Positions 19,368 to 30,311 of a DNA stretch of 64,000 nucleotides are shown here, piece after piece. The notes under the pieces were generated by a model, which was given only the letters and a program-made list of their open reading frames with translations, had not been told where the DNA came from and did not search any database. Made by a program: the position numbers and the translations under genes. This stretch comes from an uncultured bacterium (lineage in GTDB: Bacteria > Zixibacteria > MSB-5A5 > CAIYYT01): positions 1,184,001 through 1,248,000 of the forward strand of contig CAVSCK010000004.1 of assembly GCA_963726455.1 (NCBI GenBank). The letters run 5' to 3'. Position 1 is the first letter of the stretch. Each line of letters begins with the position of its first letter.

Positions 19368-20771
19368 TCACTTTCTTATGACAGACGTCTCTTTCTTCTC
19401 CCGCATCTGCGCCGTAAAATGGCGCAGGTACTTGGTCTCGTGAATGATCTCGAAGCCCGCCATCTTGTCCTTGTACTCGCGGATCTTGTCCATGCAAAGT
19501 GCAACATGCATCAGATGGGCGTTGGTGTATACGCGCCGCGGTACGGCGAGGCGCACCAGTTCGTACGGAGCATACTCTGATTTGCCCGTGACCGGATCCT
19601 TGGATTCGAACATGATCGAACCGATTTCGCAACAGCGAATACCACCCTCGCGATAAAGCGCAATTACCACACTCTGGCCGGGGAAATCACCGGGTGGAAT
19701 ATGCGGCAAGAACTCGCCGGCATTGATGAATACCGCGTGGCCGCCGGTCGGTTCGATGATCGGAACATTGCGTTTCATCAACTCCTCACCGAGCAGTTTC
19801 ACCTGCTTGGTGCGAAATTCGAGATAGCGCGAGTCAAGCGCTTCATATATGCCCCGCGCGATGGCTTCGAGGTCGCGGCCGGCCAGACCGCCGTAAGTGC
19901 GGAATCCTTCAATCAGAATCATCAGGTTCGTAATTTTCGATTCGAGCTCACTGTCGTTGAGGCCGATAAATCCGCCCATGTTGACGAGCCCGTCTTTCTT
20001 GGCCGACATCAGGACGCCGTCACCGTAGCTGAACATCTCGCGGGCAATTTCCAGAATTGTCTTGCTCTTGTAACCCGGTTCGCGCTGCTGAATGAAATAG
20101 GCATTCTCCGCAAAGCGCGCCGCATCAAAAAAGAGCGGTATGCCGAAGCGCTCCAGCACTTCCTTGGTCGCTTTGATATTGGCCATCGAAACCGGTTGCC
20201 CGCCGGTGGAGTTGTTGGTGATTGTCAGGAAGCAGGCCGGAACTTTCTTGGCGCCTTTTTCGCGGATGAATTCCTCCAACCGTGAAACATCCATGTTGCC
20301 CTTGAATGGATATTGCGCGTGAGGGTCTTTGGCTTCCGGGCAAATGAAATCGACAGGGAATCCGCCTTTGTGGATCGTGTTGGCGCGAGTCGTATCGAAA
20401 TGGGTGTTGTTGGGTATGTAGTCGCCGGGTTTCACGATGTTGGAGAACAGCAGATTCTCGGCGACGCGGCCCTGGTGCACCGGAATGAAGAACTTGAACC
20501 CGAAAATGTCACGCAACGCCGCCACGAAATGATCATAGTTGGCGCACTGCGCATAGGCCTCGTCGCCCAGCATCATGCCGGCCCACTGGTTGTCGCTCAT
20601 GGCGCCGGTGCCGGAATCGGTCAACAGATCGATAAAGACATCGCGGGATTTCAGGTTAAAAATGTTGAAGTGCGCTTCGCGGATCTTCTGCTCCCGCTCT
20701 TCACGCGAAATCAGGTTAATCGGTTCGACTACCTTGATGCGATACGGTTCGGCAAAGTGCTCCATTACCAC
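19368..20771 (-). CDS. tnaA: Tryptophanase (beta-eliminating lyase)
   Basis: DLLTDSGT, PLP-lysine motif SAKKD and EGFRTYGGL. These fit TnaA better than tyrosine phenol-lyase (SGKKD, EGMPSYGG). Confidence 0.85.
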   Translation of the reverse strand: MVMEHFAEPYRIKVVEPINLISREEREQKIREAHFNIFNLKSRDVFIDLLTDSGTGAMSDNQWAGMMLGDEAYAQCANYDHFVAALRDIFGFKFFIPVHQGRVAENLLFSNIVKPGDYIPNNTHFDTTRANTIHKGGFPVDFICPEAKDPHAQYPFKGNMDVSRLEEFIREKGAKKVPACFLTITNNSTGGQPVSMANIKATKEVLERFGIPLFFDAARFAENAYFIQQREPGYKSKTILEIAREMFSYGDGVLMSAKKDGLVNMGGFIGLNDSELESKITNLMILIEGFRTYGGLAGRDLEAIARGIYEALDSRYLEFRTKQVKLLGEELMKRNVPIIEPTGGHAVFINAGEFLPHIPPGDFPGQSVVIALYREGGIRCCEIGSIMFESKDPVTGKSEYAPYELVRLAVPRRVYTNAHLMHVALCMDKIREYKDKMAGFEIIHETKYLRHFTAQMREKKETSVIRK

Positions 20772-20831
20772 TCCTAAATCTTACGGCTGCAGACAACGAA
20801 GTTGTGAACACGGGAGTTATAGCTGCGCAAT

Positions 20832-21839
20832 CTATCCTCGCTTAAGTCGGAACGCCGGCACGATTTCACCGACGTGTAAATCTCTGAAATTATATAATTG
20901 CGGACGGGAATATTCCGCCAGCGCTTTCACTTGCGAATCATCGAAGACGCCTAGCTGCCGAAGTGTTTCGACGATCACCGGGTAAAGCCCCCGCATGTTG
21001 CCATCGGATATTTTGATGGCGATGCCCAGACCCTTCGACAGCACGCCGATCACTTCCACTGCTTCCCCGCCGACTTTCAGGATCACGTCTCCCTTGCTCG
21101 CCTCAGTCACGGCCAGATCGCAACGCCCACGACCGGAAACCATCACCGGATATTGTGACATGGCTCGGATGATCGTCTCAAAGGCCTCGCGGCGAAGGGC
21201 TGAATCTGAGGTACGCGTGACGATGCGCGCGTACGCCTTGGCCATGTTCTTTAGCGGTAAGGCGAAATTCGGCAGCGAGCAACCGTCCGTGCCCATCTGA
21301 ATTTGATCGCTGGGATAGTCGTAGCCCTCGGCGACGGCCTGCTTGACCTGCTTCTGAGTCTTGGAATTCGGATCGATATAATTGGCCGGATCATCACCGA
21401 TGTGTACCGCCAGCGCCAGTTGGCCGGAGTGTTTGCCCGAGCAGTTGTGCGCCAAGGGCGAAAATTGCTGTCCTTCGTACGGAACGTATCCTTGCTGTTG
21501 ATAATCAATGGGAACATGGGTGCCGCATTTGAGATACGTTTCGTCAAGGCCGATCAGGTCGAGATTCGATTTGGTTGTCTTTTCGTGCTCCGGCGTGCCT
21601 GTGTGCGATCCAAGCATAATGGCGATCTGCTGCAGCGAAAATCCGAAACGCTTGATCGCGCCCGATTCGTAAACCGGCAGGAACTGAAATGCCTTGGCCG
21701 AGGAACGGGTGAATGTGATCAGGTCGGGATCGCCGCAATAATGCAGGATGTTGCCGTCCTTGTCGGACACCACTATTGATCCATAGTGCACAGACTCCAC
21801 GGTCTTGTTGCGATATGCTTCGGCGAGAATTTCAGACAT
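20832..21839 (-). CDS. L-asparaginase, Rhizobium etli-type (class 3)
   Basis: RSSAK.FQ, GSH.G, NCSGKH, DGC and K.GGE motifs. Confidence 0.9.
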   Translation of the reverse strand: MSEILAEAYRNKTVESVHYGSIVVSDKDGNILHYCGDPDLITFTRSSAKAFQFLPVYESGAIKRFGFSLQQIAIMLGSHTGTPEHEKTTKSNLDLIGLDETYLKCGTHVPIDYQQQGYVPYEGQQFSPLAHNCSGKHSGQLALAVHIGDDPANYIDPNSKTQKQVKQAVAEGYDYPSDQIQMGTDGCSLPNFALPLKNMAKAYARIVTRTSDSALRREAFETIIRAMSQYPVMVSGRGRCDLAVTEASKGDVILKVGGEAVEVIGVLSKGLGIAIKISDGNMRGLYPVIVETLRQLGVFDDSQVKALAEYSRPQLYNFRDLHVGEIVPAFRLKRG

Positions 21840-21868
21840 GATTTTCCGCCGTGGAAGATGTTCTGCAG

Positions 21869-22038
21869 GGTCTTGATGGGTTGGGGTATTCCGTCAGGCG
21901 AATGCCATCTCGCCTATAGTTTGGCGATGTCTGCTGTTGTCGAGACCGGATGGCACCATACTCAGAGAGTCGCATGTTCGCTCGGAGATCGCCTTAACCT
22001 AATTCCCTGACGCGACTTTATTGCCGCGCCACAAGACC
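21869..22038 (-). ncRNA. Candidate structured RNA or 5' leader
   Basis: Nested complementary pairs GGTCTTG/CAAGACC, CGTCAGG/CCTGACG and GGCGAT/ATCGCC, starting right after a consensus promoter. Confidence 0.4.
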
Positions 22039-22040
22039 TA

Positions 22041-22069
22041 AGTATAGGGCTTCTGGCTCCTGGAGTCAA
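22041..22069 (-). promoter_or_regulatory. sigma70 promoter
   Basis: TTGACT-N17-TATACT on the minus strand. Confidence 0.75.
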
Positions 22070-22089
22070 CGCGAAAAGGAGAGCAGGTG

Positions 22090-23805
22090 TTACTGCCGTT
22101 TGAACACTTTGAGTGTGGATTCCAAACCAGGTCCGGCTAGATAGACGATGTAGACGCCCGGCGAAACGGTCTCCTGGCGGTAGTTCTGGCCGTCCCATTC
22201 GAGATAGCCGGCGCCATTCCCGCCGCCGATCAGAAATTTAGAGGTTTCGGCGACTTTTTCACCGGCGACATTGTAAATCCGATAGCGGTAATCCCCGGAA
22301 GTACTCGGAGAAAAATAGAATTGTATCGACGTCGTAAACGGATTGGGTGTCGCAATAATGCCTTGAACCACGGTAATAGCACCCGGGCCAAATTCCATCG
22401 CGCGATACCCGTCGATCAGGCCGTAGCCGTACACCGTGTCGGGAGACGAAGCATGAGATGCGGTGCGTGTCAGTGCCATGTAGAGACTGTCATAGTGCCA
22501 CGTTGGGTGGGCCTGCAACAGCAATGCGACAGTTCCCGCCGTCAGCGGAGTGGAAAACGAAGTGCCGCTGCCGTTACTAAACCCCCCGTTCTTGTTGGCT
22601 ATGTAATTGTCAACACCCATCGCGCAAACATCCGGCTTGATCCGGCCGTCGAAGGTGGGTCCATTGGAAGAAAAATCGGAGATGATTCCTCCGCTGTTGA
22701 CTGCTCCAACGGCAATCACACTGTCGCCATCGGAAGGCGCGATCAGCGTCGGCCGCGGCGACATCCGGCCCTCGTTTCCGATAGCGTTGACCACTATCAC
22801 ACCGAGTCGCGCAGCCGCCCCGGCAGCCAGCGTAACCACGGCGGTATGGCCGTCCATGTCATCCCAGGTATACCAGTCGATATATCCGAGCGAACTGGAG
22901 ACGACCTCGGCACCCAGCCGCTCGCCCCATTCGATTCCGGCTGCCCAGTAATCTTCCTCGATGCGGACTTCCTGCGCAACTATTTCGGTCTTGGCACACA
23001 GGAAATCGGCCTGATTTGCCACGCCGATCATGCTGCCGTACAGATATCCGCCCAATAACGATAACGTCGCGGTGCCGTGGAACTGCTGTGAAGTTGAGGT
23101 GTTGCTTTCACCGGGATCAGTTGGATCCTCAACGTTGACGTCGTTGTTAATGAAGTCCCAGGTGGAATCAACCCTGAGCTGTCCAAACACCGGGTGTGAC
23201 AGCTTGAATCCGGTGTCGAGAATCAGAATTTTGACTCCCTGCCCTTTCAATCCCAGCGCATGCAAACGGTGCACCTGAATAAGCTGCATTTCAGTAAATG
23301 AAGGACCATAGTCGGGCGGATACTGACCGACTTGTTTGTATAATTCCGCCGTATCAACCGGCGAAATCGGCTCCAGCTTGCGAATATAGACTGCCACTTC
23401 CTCGATACTGGTCACGAATGGCAGCGCGGCAATATCGTTCAATTGTGCGGGCGACACCCAGGCGCTGACAGCATTGATCCAGCGCGATTCGACCACCGTG
23501 CGTTTAACCAAAGGCTTGAGCTGATCGACGTAAACCGGATTGACCTCGCGATCATAATAATCGTAATCAGCCAGACCGCCCCGCAAGGCGCGGCGCCTTT
23601 CGGCGGCATCATTCACGGCGACTCGCTTGGACATCGGAATCTCGTCGTTGCCTTTGTCAGCGAAATAAACCCACACCTTGAGACTGTCGGACTGCAGGCG
23701 CGCGGGACGAATCTTGATCTTGACGTCAGTAGCTGATGAGACGACGCTGCCGAACAAGAGAGCGGCGGCGACAGCGATTAGTATGGCGAATTTTCTAGTA
23801 GTCAC
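22090..23805 (-). CDS. Secreted S8 subtilase with C-terminal FlgD-Ig/T9SS-like sorting domain
   Basis: DTG, HGT and GTSFS catalytic triad. C-terminus PNPF...IYNVAGE...WDG...GVY. Confidence 0.93.
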   Translation of the reverse strand: MTTRKFAILIAVAAALLFGSVVSSATDVKIKIRPARLQSDSLKVWVYFADKGNDEIPMSKRVAVNDAAERRRALRGGLADYDYYDREVNPVYVDQLKPLVKRTVVESRWINAVSAWVSPAQLNDIAALPFVTSIEEVAVYIRKLEPISPVDTAELYKQVGQYPPDYGPSFTEMQLIQVHRLHALGLKGQGVKILILDTGFKLSHPVFGQLRVDSTWDFINNDVNVEDPTDPGESNTSTSQQFHGTATLSLLGGYLYGSMIGVANQADFLCAKTEIVAQEVRIEEDYWAAGIEWGERLGAEVVSSSLGYIDWYTWDDMDGHTAVVTLAAGAAARLGVIVVNAIGNEGRMSPRPTLIAPSDGDSVIAVGAVNSGGIISDFSSNGPTFDGRIKPDVCAMGVDNYIANKNGGFSNGSGTSFSTPLTAGTVALLLQAHPTWHYDSLYMALTRTASHASSPDTVYGYGLIDGYRAMEFGPGAITVVQGIIATPNPFTTSIQFYFSPSTSGDYRYRIYNVAGEKVAETSKFLIGGGNGAGYLEWDGQNYRQETVSPGVYIVYLAGPGLESTLKVFKRQ

Positions 23806-23926
23806 TTAAACAACCTCTTGATGTGGAGTATCGACAGAAGGCATCCCCGAGACAAATGTGTAGTTTTGTCCATCCGAAGAAAAGACGAACGAAAGACGAT
23901 CATGTTCAACAGTCCGCCGGACAACT

Positions 23927-24223
23927 TCACAACTGCTTGATAAGTTTCAAATACTGTTTGTACGGAATCGCCGTCCAGCTTTCGGCAGACGTGGCGCCGT
24001 TAGCCAGACTGATCAACGACACTTTCGCTGCAGTTTCCTCGTCGGGCGCCTCGTAAATGTCCATAAAATCGAAATTTCCCAGCAACGCATAGTGGCTGAG
24101 AAATTTCACCTTGGGACAACTCTTCCTGACCTTGTCAAGCCAGGTGCGGCCCTTGGCGGCGCGCAATTTGGGATTCTTGAGGAACTCCGGCGATAGTTTC
24201 GTCATGAGCACGAAAGTTTTCAT
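23927..24223 (-). CDS. GYD domain protein
   Basis: YALLGNFDFMDIYEAPD...ESWTAIP. Confidence 0.85.
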   Translation of the reverse strand: MKTFVLMTKLSPEFLKNPKLRAAKGRTWLDKVRKSCPKVKFLSHYALLGNFDFMDIYEAPDEETAAKVSLISLANGATSAESWTAIPYKQYLKLIKQL

Positions 24224-24354
24224 GTAACCCTCCTGCGAGAAACATTACTGACATGATATTACACCATGTTTAACGGCTCGCAAGCGAAAACGGTTGGCTG
24301 GCATAACGAGACCGCAGCATCATCCTACGTCATCTGCCAAGCGGAGTATATTTG

Positions 24355-25236
24355 TCAGCTAAGCGGCCGCTTCTTGATCATGCCGCCTTTGGTGTCGTTG
24401 ATACTGTGCATTACCACAAAGGCGGACGGATCGATCTCCTCGATTTCCTGCTTGAGCTTGTAGATTTCAAGTCGGGTGATCACGACAAACAGTACGTCGA
24501 TGTCCGACCCCTTATCGCCGCCCTTGCCGTACCCTCCCTGCCCCTTCAGCACAGTTACGCCTCGGCCAAGGTTATGGAGCACCGTTTCTCTGATCAATTC
24601 GCTTTTCGCCGACACTATGGTGACTCCAGTGTATTCTTCTAGTCCCTGGATGACGAAGTCGACGGTCTTTGAAGCTGCGAGATACGTCAGTATCGAGTAC
24701 AGGGCAGTCTCAAGATTGAGCAACAGCGCGGACGACGTGAAAATGATAATATTGATTATTAGAATCAGGTCGCCGATGGTCGCGCCAACCACTTTGCTGA
24801 GATACAATGCCAGCACTTCCGTACCATCGAGCACTCCTCCCCCTCGCACTGACAGTCCGATGCCCAAGCCGAGAAAAAAACCTCCAAACACCGCCACCAG
24901 CAGCTTGTCCTGCGTGGCCACCGGGTACGGTATGACCAGCAGGCAGAGTGACAATGTCAGAATGGCAAAGATCGTCTTCCCGACGAACTCGCGGCTGACC
25001 TGCCGGAACCCCAGCAAGATGAAAGGTATGTTGAATAGGATGATCAGCAACGGCAGCGGTACCGCTGTCAGTCTGCTGACAAGCAGCGAGATTCCCGTGA
25101 CCCCGCCGTCAATGAAACCTGATGGCAGCAGAAATCCTTTGAGACCCAGACCGGCGGACAGCGCGCCAAGCACGATCAGGGCGGCGCTACCGGCGTGCAG
25201 GCGCGATCGGATTACGAATCGAAGAACAGAATCCAT
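24355..25236 (-). CDS. YitT family membrane protein
   Basis: DGGVTGI, DGTEVLA, RGVT..G.GGY and IDP.AF motifs. Confidence 0.92.
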   Translation of the reverse strand: MDSVLRFVIRSRLHAGSAALIVLGALSAGLGLKGFLLPSGFIDGGVTGISLLVSRLTAVPLPLLIILFNIPFILLGFRQVSREFVGKTIFAILTLSLCLLVIPYPVATQDKLLVAVFGGFFLGLGIGLSVRGGGVLDGTEVLALYLSKVVGATIGDLILIINIIIFTSSALLLNLETALYSILTYLAASKTVDFVIQGLEEYTGVTIVSAKSELIRETVLHNLGRGVTVLKGQGGYGKGGDKGSDIDVLFVVITRLEIYKLKQEIEEIDPSAFVVMHSINDTKGGMIKKRPLS

Positions 25237-25347
25237 AGCGATGCGACACGTTACGCAAACGGGCCCCGACGCGCCAACTAAAAAATCCCGTCCTGCAGTC
25301 ATGCGAGGGGCTGCTCCGGCGCGGGCGTGAAATCGCTACCTGCTATT

Positions 25348-26886
25348 TCAATTCATCCACAGATTTCTATCCAAACTCCGATACTGGATCGCTTCGCCGA
25401 TGTGCGCGGTTTCGATATTCGGTGTCCCCGCGATGTCGGCGATCGTGCGCGCGACTTTGATAATACGGTCATAGGCGCGCGCCGATAGACCCAGTTTGCT
25501 GATCGCGGTGCGCAGCATGTCGTGCGACCTTTCGTCCAATGGGCAGAAATCGCGAATATCCTTGGATTCCATGTGCGCATTGCAGTGAATGTGCTTGAGG
25601 CCGGCAAATCGTTCATGCTGCCGGCGGCGGGCGGCATTGACCCGTTCGCGCACGAATTCCGACTTTTCCGCCAGCGTGGTATCAGCCAGTTCCTTGTATT
25701 TAACGGCTGGTACTTCGATGTGAATATCAATTCGATCCAGCAAGGGCCCCGATATCCGGCTGTGGTACTTCTGAATCTGTATCGGCGTGCAACTGCACTC
25801 GTGCGCAATGTCGCCATAATAGCCGCAGGGACACGGGTTCATAGCCGCCGCGAGCATTAGCTTCGAGGGATAAGTCAGCGACGTCATGGCGCGCGAGATT
25901 GTGACTAGTCCGTCCTCCAGCGGCTGCCGCAGCATTTCGAGGACATCTTTGCGAAACTCAGGCAATTCATCAAGAAAGAGCACTCCATTATGCGACAAGG
26001 ACACTTCGCCCGGCCTTGGGATTCGTCCACCTCCGATCAGGCCCGCATCGCTTATCGTATGATGTGGTGAACGAAACGGCCGCGTCGCTATCAGCGGCGT
26101 GTCCGCCGGAAGAACTCCGGCGACCGAATGTATCTTGGTCGTCTCGAGCGCCTCCTCCAGTGTCATATCCGGAAGGATCGTCGGCAGGCGGCGCGCCAGC
26201 ATCGTCTTGCCGGAACCCGGAGGACCAACCAGGATAATATTGTGGCCCCCGGCGGCGGCAATTTCGAGCGCGCGCTTGGTCGATTCCTGGCCTTTGACCT
26301 CGGCAAAATCAATATTGTAATGCCTCGCCGTATTGAATACTTCCTTCATGTCGATCTTGAATGGAGCCACCAGGCGTTCATCTTCCAGAAAAGCCACGGC
26401 TTCCTTGAGCGAACCGACCGGATAAACTTCGACCCCGTCCGCCATCGCGGCTTCGGAGGCGTTCTCGCGCGGGACGATCATGCCGCGAACGCCGTTCTTG
26501 TGGATGTTCATCGCCATTGGCAGGACGCCCGGAATCGGCTTAAGCGTGCCGTCCAGCGACAGTTCGCCGAGCATGACGTGGTCATTGAATGTCTCGCGCA
26601 TGATCTGCCCGGTTGCGGCAAGGATGCCGATCGCCATCGGCAGATCAAACGCCGATCCTTCCTTGCGGATATCCGCCGGCGCGAGATTGATCGTGACCTT
26701 CTTGTTGGGAAAGATAAAATCGGAATTCTTGATCGCCGACTGTACGCGTTCTTTCGCCTCTTTTACGGCGCCGTCCGGCAGCCCCACGGTGGCGAAAGCC
26801 GGAAGTTGCGGCGTTATGTCGGCCTCGACTTCAACGTTGTAAGCATCAATGCCGAGTACGGCGGCGGAAATGACTTTAGCAAGCAT
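25348..26886 (-). CDS. comM: YifB/ComM Mg-chelatase-like AAA+ ATPase
   Basis: [29 protein letters not shown] and ARTIAD motifs. Confidence 0.95.
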   Translation of the reverse strand: MLAKVISAAVLGIDAYNVEVEADITPQLPAFATVGLPDGAVKEAKERVQSAIKNSDFIFPNKKVTINLAPADIRKEGSAFDLPMAIGILAATGQIMRETFNDHVMLGELSLDGTLKPIPGVLPMAMNIHKNGVRGMIVPRENASEAAMADGVEVYPVGSLKEAVAFLEDERLVAPFKIDMKEVFNTARHYNIDFAEVKGQESTKRALEIAAAGGHNIILVGPPGSGKTMLARRLPTILPDMTLEEALETTKIHSVAGVLPADTPLIATRPFRSPHHTISDAGLIGGGRIPRPGEVSLSHNGVLFLDELPEFRKDVLEMLRQPLEDGLVTISRAMTSLTYPSKLMLAAAMNPCPCGYYGDIAHECSCTPIQIQKYHSRISGPLLDRIDIHIEVPAVKYKELADTTLAEKSEFVRERVNAARRRQHERFAGLKHIHCNAHMESKDIRDFCPLDERSHDMLRTAISKLGLSARAYDRIIKVARTIADIAGTPNIETAHIGEAIQYRSLDRNLWMN

Positions 26887-26947
26887 GATACTCCCTCTTC
26901 AGTTCAAATAAAGAATCTACGTAAATAGTGCGTCGCACCAAGCGCCA

Positions 26948-27559
26948 TCACATTTTGTGACCTTTTGCGATCTGGCCGATATGCACTTTGTGCGCGCGAA
27001 ATTCAGATTCGAGCATACTGTAGCACTTGAGACTAACCAGGCCACGCCGAAACGCCGCCTCATCCCGCTGAATGCCTTCGAACGCAAAGCCGAGTTTCTC
27101 AGCGATGCGACACGACGCCAGATTGTCTTCGGCGGCCCGCAAAATGACCTTGTGCAACTTAAGCTCCTTGAATGCAAACAGCAGCATCAGGGCAACCGCG
27201 GTCGAGCCGATCCCCTTCCCTGTTTGTGAGGTCCGAATCCAGTACCCGACCTCACCGGAACGGTTGGGGTCGCCGAGTCCGTGAAGTCCGATTTGGCCGA
27301 CGTATTGCTTGGTGCGCGAATCGAAGATGCTGAAGCCAAAACTGGTTCGGCGCTTGCGTCCTCTCCGGCAATTTTCGATGAACGCTGCGGCATCCTCACG
27401 AGTTCGACTGCGCCAGGGACTGATCATGAATCGCTCGAGTTCGGGACGACTTTCGTCGACGGCGGTTTGAATGGAATCCGCGTCCGATTTCCTCGGAAAG
27501 CGAAGATAGATATTACGGCTTTTGAGCAACATCGGGAGCCCACCCAATTCGACCGCCAT
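26948..27559 (-). CDS. GNAT N-acetyltransferase (RimJ/RimL family)
   Basis: GEVGYWI....GKG and N.AS.RIAEKLGF..EG motifs. Start at 27559 or 27532. Confidence 0.9.
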   Translation of the reverse strand: MAVELGGLPMLLKSRNIYLRFPRKSDADSIQTAVDESRPELERFMISPWRSRTREDAAAFIENCRRGRKRRTSFGFSIFDSRTKQYVGQIGLHGLGDPNRSGEVGYWIRTSQTGKGIGSTAVALMLLFAFKELKLHKVILRAAEDNLASCRIAEKLGFAFEGIQRDEAAFRRGLVSLKCYSMLESEFRAHKVHIGQIAKGHKM

Positions 27560-27636
27560 TAAAAGCGGAGTCAAACGACAAAGTTCACATCGACAAAGTA
27601 AGCTTCGGATGGCGGGCGGGCAAGCAGATTGTGCGC

Positions 27637-27670
27637 AAAAAAAACAGGTCGCCGGTTTGCCGGCGACCTG
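27637..27670 (-). terminator. Rho-independent terminator closing the three-lipoprotein operon
   Basis: 11-bp stem CAGGTCGCCGG/CCGGCGACCTG followed by 8 U on the minus strand. Confidence 0.85.
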
Positions 27671-27698
27671 TACAGTGTCGTTACTTGAGGTATAAGCG

Positions 27699-28931
27699 TC
27701 AGAACCTCGTATCGTCTCCGTTGCCGGTAAAGCGTGCGCGCTTGAACTCGACAGTCCAGGTGCCGTTTTCGAACTGCCCCTTGGCCATGACATCTGCACG
27801 ACTGCCGGAAGGCATCGTGGTGACAAACCAGGGAACAGTAGCCAGACTATCCCAACCGTCCGAATTCGGCTTGGCGATCTGCCAATCCCACAGCGGATAT
27901 GCCGCACTGGAATTGGGATCGTTGGCAGACTGGTACTTCGGCCGATTGTAGGATACCACTATCGCTCCGCCTGACAAGGCCCAGACATAATCTTCGTTAG
28001 GGATTTCGGGACCATTGCCAAGATCAGCGATTACACCGTCGGTGTACCTGTCGTCATAGCCGTCGGTCTTCTTCTGCGTTTTGTACGACATGTATTTGTC
28101 GTCGGCATGACCTGTAACATTGGAAGAGATCGAAGACCAACTCCAGAGATCTAAGCGAGGTTTCGGAAGCAAAGTGCTATGGAAGTACGTACCCGGCATG
28201 TCGGCGACCCATTGATTTTGCACGAGCTTGACAGGACTCTCATGACAGGTGACAAGGCAACCGTCGTGGTCGAACCAGAACATGGGCGTAATTTCGAACA
28301 TAAACATCACGCGATCCTGGTCCTGGTCGGCATTGATCACCTTCCAGATCGGTATATTCAGTGGATTATAAACCCAGGACGTATCCGGCGGATTTCCGAT
28401 TCGCACGGAGTCCTGTCCATGTATCCAGCGCCGGGTATCGAGAGTCGCCGCGGCCGTGACACCAAACTGCGGGACGTCCACCTCAGTATACTTTACCTGG
28501 AAATAGACGAAATTCTCGTCAAAGGCGGCACGAATTCGCGCCGATTCGATTCCGTTGTCGTAACCGGCCATCTTACGCAAATTGATGTCGCTGTACTTGG
28601 CGCCCCATTCACTCGCGCCACCGTCGACACCATCGATAATCGGCGCCGCGCCATTGATCAGTCGTTGGCAGACGACAGTATCGCCGGCATTCTGATGCAG
28701 CGTGTCGAACGCGAGATACACTTTCGGCGCGCCGTTGTGTGTCGTGAGACTGTTATTTCCGATTGCCAGCGAGAAGAAACGATTGTCCGGCACCGGCGCA
28801 GTGTACGGATTGCCCTGATCGCCTTGATCTCCCGTAACCCCGCGGCCGCCGGGGTTGCCCTCGCAACCAAAGATCGACAGCAGCAGGAGCGCAGCCAGGC
28901 CCGTCAAGAGAGTTATTATGATTCTTTTCAT
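27699..28931 (-). CDS. Lipoprotein: collagen-like stalk plus EB_dh/DOMON-like domain with CxxxCH heme-c motif
   Basis: Lipobox IFGC, 6 GXY triplets, P.IDG, RAAFD, DRV, GCLVTCH, DLW.W and DV.A.G...WTVEFKR..GNGDD motifs. Confidence 0.8.
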   Translation of the reverse strand: MKRIIITLLTGLAALLLLSIFGCEGNPGGRGVTGDQGDQGNPYTAPVPDNRFFSLAIGNNSLTTHNGAPKVYLAFDTLHQNAGDTVVCQRLINGAAPIIDGVDGGASEWGAKYSDINLRKMAGYDNGIESARIRAAFDENFVYFQVKYTEVDVPQFGVTAAATLDTRRWIHGQDSVRIGNPPDTSWVYNPLNIPIWKVINADQDQDRVMFMFEITPMFWFDHDGCLVTCHESPVKLVQNQWVADMPGTYFHSTLLPKPRLDLWSWSSISSNVTGHADDKYMSYKTQKKTDGYDDRYTDGVIADLGNGPEIPNEDYVWALSGGAIVVSYNRPKYQSANDPNSSAAYPLWDWQIAKPNSDGWDSLATVPWFVTTMPSGSRADVMAKGQFENGTWTVEFKRARFTGNGDDTRF

Positions 28932-28946
28932 CGTAGTCGGCTCCTT

Positions 28947-30233
28947 CTAAAACTGCACGTCGTCGCCGCTGTTGGTCTTGCGGGCGCGTTTAAGTTCCAC
29001 GGTCCAGGTGCCCAGAGAGTTGTCGAACGAGGCGACAGCGTAAACGTCGGCACGGCTGCCACTCGGAATTGTGGTCACGATTCCGGGTACATAGTTCATG
29101 TTGCGGCGCGTCCACCCTTTCTGCACAAAGCCGACGGCGTCGAAGTACCACAGCGGATAGATCTGGTTCTGCATCGTTCCACCGGTCGAATCAGTACGCA
29201 TGCCGGGGTCGAGGCGGTTCATGTACCTTGGGGTCGAGTCGGGCAGCAGATAGTTGTTGATGTACGGCGCCTGGCCGGCATCCGGACGTAAGCCTGCCGA
29301 AGTGATGCTCCAGTCGTCCGCTATGGCAACCGGTTTGGTGGTCGCCGATCCCCACGCCCAGACGTCTACGAACATATTCGACGGAATTGGATCAGGCGTG
29401 CCGGTGAAATTGAAATAATTGTTGAAGGCGACATTCTGCCAGCCCTGCGGAGGATTCTCCTTGGGCAGGAACAGAACCAGACGGTCTTCGCCATCTGTGC
29501 CCGGCTTCCAAACAAAGGTCGTATCGGCAATCGCGCGCGTGTTCCAGCACATGCAAGGATCGCCCAGTGCGCAAAGGGAATCGTACTTGATGCGCATATA
29601 GGTGAATAAGCTGTCAATTTTGGTCTTGGTCGCGCAGTTGTACTGATATTGATTTGTGTCCAGTCCGTGAAAGGCACGGGCGCTGAATCCCAGAACATTC
29701 ATTTCATATGTCTCTGAAGTCGTGAAATAGTACAGATCCTTGTTGTCGACCTTTGTCTTGATAGGTTGCTCCTGCCATTGGAACAGGAAATAGACGTTCT
29801 GATCGTCGTACGCGGCGCGCGCCGTGACGACTTTGGTTCCCGGTCCGGGAAGCGTATCGGGCAGTGTCAGATATGTCGGCCTGATCCTGGACTTTTGCGC
29901 ACCCCATTCGGTCTCCTCACCGTCGACACCATCGATGAGAGGTGGAATTGAGACGCGGTTTGCTACCAAAGTGTCACCGGTGCCGGTAGCCGTTGAATCA
30001 AATGTCAGATAAACTCGGGTTGAGCCGTCGACTTTTCTCAGACTGTCATTGGTGATACCGAAAGCGATAGTGCGTCCAGCAGGAGGCATTAGCTCTGTAT
30101 CCGTGCCACCCGGTCCAATCGGCCCAACCGGTCCCTTGCCGCCGACCGGCCCCGCATCGCCTTCGCACCCCGCAATCACTATCAGGCCGGCTAACGCCAC
30201 CAGACAGAAGATTATGAGACTCCACTTACGCAT
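28947..30233 (-). CDS. Lipoprotein: collagen-like stalk plus EB_dh/DOMON-like domain, Cys-rich insertion, no CxxCH
   Basis: Lipobox IAGC, 7 GXY triplets, PPLIDG, RAAYD, EDRL, DVWAW and WTVELKR motifs. Confidence 0.8.
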   Translation of the reverse strand: MRKWSLIIFCLVALAGLIVIAGCEGDAGPVGGKGPVGPIGPGGTDTELMPPAGRTIAFGITNDSLRKVDGSTRVYLTFDSTATGTGDTLVANRVSIPPLIDGVDGEETEWGAQKSRIRPTYLTLPDTLPGPGTKVVTARAAYDDQNVYFLFQWQEQPIKTKVDNKDLYYFTTSETYEMNVLGFSARAFHGLDTNQYQYNCATKTKIDSLFTYMRIKYDSLCALGDPCMCWNTRAIADTTFVWKPGTDGEDRLVLFLPKENPPQGWQNVAFNNYFNFTGTPDPIPSNMFVDVWAWGSATTKPVAIADDWSITSAGLRPDAGQAPYINNYLLPDSTPRYMNRLDPGMRTDSTGGTMQNQIYPLWYFDAVGFVQKGWTRRNMNYVPGIVTTIPSGSRADVYAVASFDNSLGTWTVELKRARKTNSGDDVQF

Positions 30234-30311
30234 TAATTCCTCCCTAATATTTCCAAAACTGGAGAGCTATAGTCAAGATTCATAGGTTCCTCTTCTCGTT
30301 TCCCTGTTGGC

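Noticed and set aside
19368-20771. Tyrosine phenol-lyase; TnaC-like leader peptide
   Set aside because: SAKKD and EGF.TYGG favour tryptophanase. The 60-bp gap upstream shows no convincing Trp-containing leader ORF.
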